64,000 bases of DNA from Octopus sinensis (taxonomy: Eukaryota). Below the pieces are notes generated by a model that was not told the DNA's origin, ran no database searches, and worked only from the letters and a program-made list of their open reading frames with translations. The DNA lies in contig NC_043002.1 of the NCBI RefSeq assembly GCF_006345805.1, positions 48,980,001-49,044,000 on the forward strand. The letters are read 5' to 3'. Positions 62,043-64,000 of this stretch are shown piece after piece (the stretch's first letter is position 1; each line of letters opens with the position of its first letter). The position numbers and the translations under genes are program-made.

Positions 62043-64000
62043 TATTGGAATGAAGAGGCTTTAATCACAAATCACAACAACTGTTTCTGTGCAATGATAA
62101 CAGCTGTTAGTTGCTGACTTTTCCATGTCATACTATTACAAAAAAATATTATGTAAATAATTATAAGAATAACATGATCCGGCAGCAGATGTGTACCAGG
62201 ACGTCATCAGGTGAGTGGTTTTGATAGCACTGTAGAACCATATTCAATTTCCCATCATTTTATACCCAACAGTATTTTTAGCATTCTCTTTATACTGAGT
62301 AGCTTATAGATTCAAATAGATATAAGTCATAAAAATACCAAATTAAATAATAGCATTAAAAAATTAAAATGTAAAATTACAAAAAAAATAAACCAAAATT
62401 AGTTAATGGAAATCAAAACCAAAAGTATAAATCAAACTTAAAATTCTGTCTTTTTTTATTCCATCATAAGCATGTTGCTTTTTTTTCTGAAGATAAATTA
62501 GCAGTCTGAAATATCAGGATATAGACGAAAAGCATTCATTAGCTCTTTTGTCTGTAATTTTTTTTACTTTAAAGGACCCATGGTCATCATTTTATCCTAG
62601 TGGGATGCCACATTGTCTGCTAGTCCACTCATAAAACTGAATTTCTATTGTTCTGGCACCCATCACAGTTACTTAATCAGTCATTAAAAGATGTCCAAAT
62701 TTTGCATACACTGACAGAGTTTCACATGTATAGCCAATAAAAAGAATAATCCTGCTGCATGATGGCATATAGTAACTGAAAATCATAGAGGAGCTTTGAA
62801 ATGTATTTTATGAGGTTATTACCTAGATGATATCAAAAATATATATATATATGTGTAGGTACATGCCTTAATGGTTAGGGAATTTGGCTCATGATTGTAA
62901 GGTTGTGAGGTCAATTCTTTGCAGCATGTTAGGTCCTTCTCTTCAGACTTTTCCTCTTTCTGCTGAAGAGCCATGCTTGAAAAATCACACCCTACTCTTT
63001 TTTACCAGCTTAAATTGAGTAACAACTTAATACATTCACTATGTATGACTTTTGATCTTTGATGTTTTTGTTTTTATTTTTGTTTTTGATTTACTGATAT
63101 ATATATATGTGTGTGTGTTTGTGTGTAATCAACATCAACATCATTGTTTTAATGTTCGCTTTTCCATAAATTGCATGGGTCATCGGACAAAGTTTATTGA
63201 AATTAATTCTCAAGTACCAGATATCCAATCCTCACTTGTTTTATAAGTAAGGTAGTATTTCCCCATGGCCATACAGGTTTATTTTTAACAGACAATTGGA
63301 AATGAATGGTGAAACTTGTCTACAATGATCACATGATGTCAAGACAAACAAATGCTCACACACACATAATTACATACATAATACACACACATGAATATGA
63401 ATATACACAAGAAGCTTCATTCAGTTTCTGTCCATCAATGCACTCATGAGGTTTTATATAACATCAGCATTCTTTATCATCATCACCATATCACCATTAA
63501 ATGCCTGTTTTCCATACTAGCATTGGCTGAAGGGTTTTACAGGAACTGGTGAACCAGAGGACTGCATAAAGCTCTAATGTTGCCTTTGGCATGGCTTCAG
63601 TGACTGGATAACTTCCTTAAGTTGCTTTATGTGCTAGGTATATTTTACTGGTGTTTATCTTTAAGTTCATGCATTAAATAAGGAGAGAAAGCAATTTTAA
63701 TATAGTCATTATCTAGCACTAGTAACATTCCCATACAATTAGGTACCTATTTCTGATGATTTACAAGCTTTGAGAACTAAATGTAAGAGTACTGTCCAGA
63801 TATGAAAAGAAATGAATCCAATGAAGTTAATTTAGTTAAGCCAAACAAGCAACTACTGAGAAGTTTCAGCTGCCGTAAATAACAGCAGCAATGAAATTTA
63901 TCAGCTTGAGGTTCTAAAATTAATTCTGTCCACCTGTAACTCACACAAAAAGAGGTTTATTCTTCTCACCTGATTAATGCTTCAGAAACCTTAGTCAAGC

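Overview
AT-rich eukaryotic DNA that is dense in microsatellites and repeats. The repeat families and composition look like an octopus (coleoid cephalopod) genome; this is pattern recognition, not a database hit. I found no intact long protein-coding ORF, and nearly all ORF-track entries are translations of (TA)n, (CA)n or (TATG)n tracts. What is supported: 5'-truncated or decayed retroelements (CR1-group, several RTE pieces, an R4/Dong-like REL tail, two Penelope-like pieces); DNA-transposon relics (mariner, DD37D/maT, Chapaev3-like); TIR MITEs (piggyBac-like TTAA, pogo/Tigger-like TA); a non-autonomous Helitron-like element; and many tRNA-type SINEs. A few short segments have good splice signals on both strands, so the window may be largely intronic, but I cannot name a host gene. 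Best leads: a minimal hammerhead-ribozyme-like motif with a variant core in the Penelope 3' region plus two decayed solo copies; a 59/60-bp hairpin; a mariner bounded by two 3' ends; a 33-nt candidate microexon inside nested inverted repeats; and repeated insertion of unrelated retroelements into (TA)n. I see no convincing novel multi-gene system.
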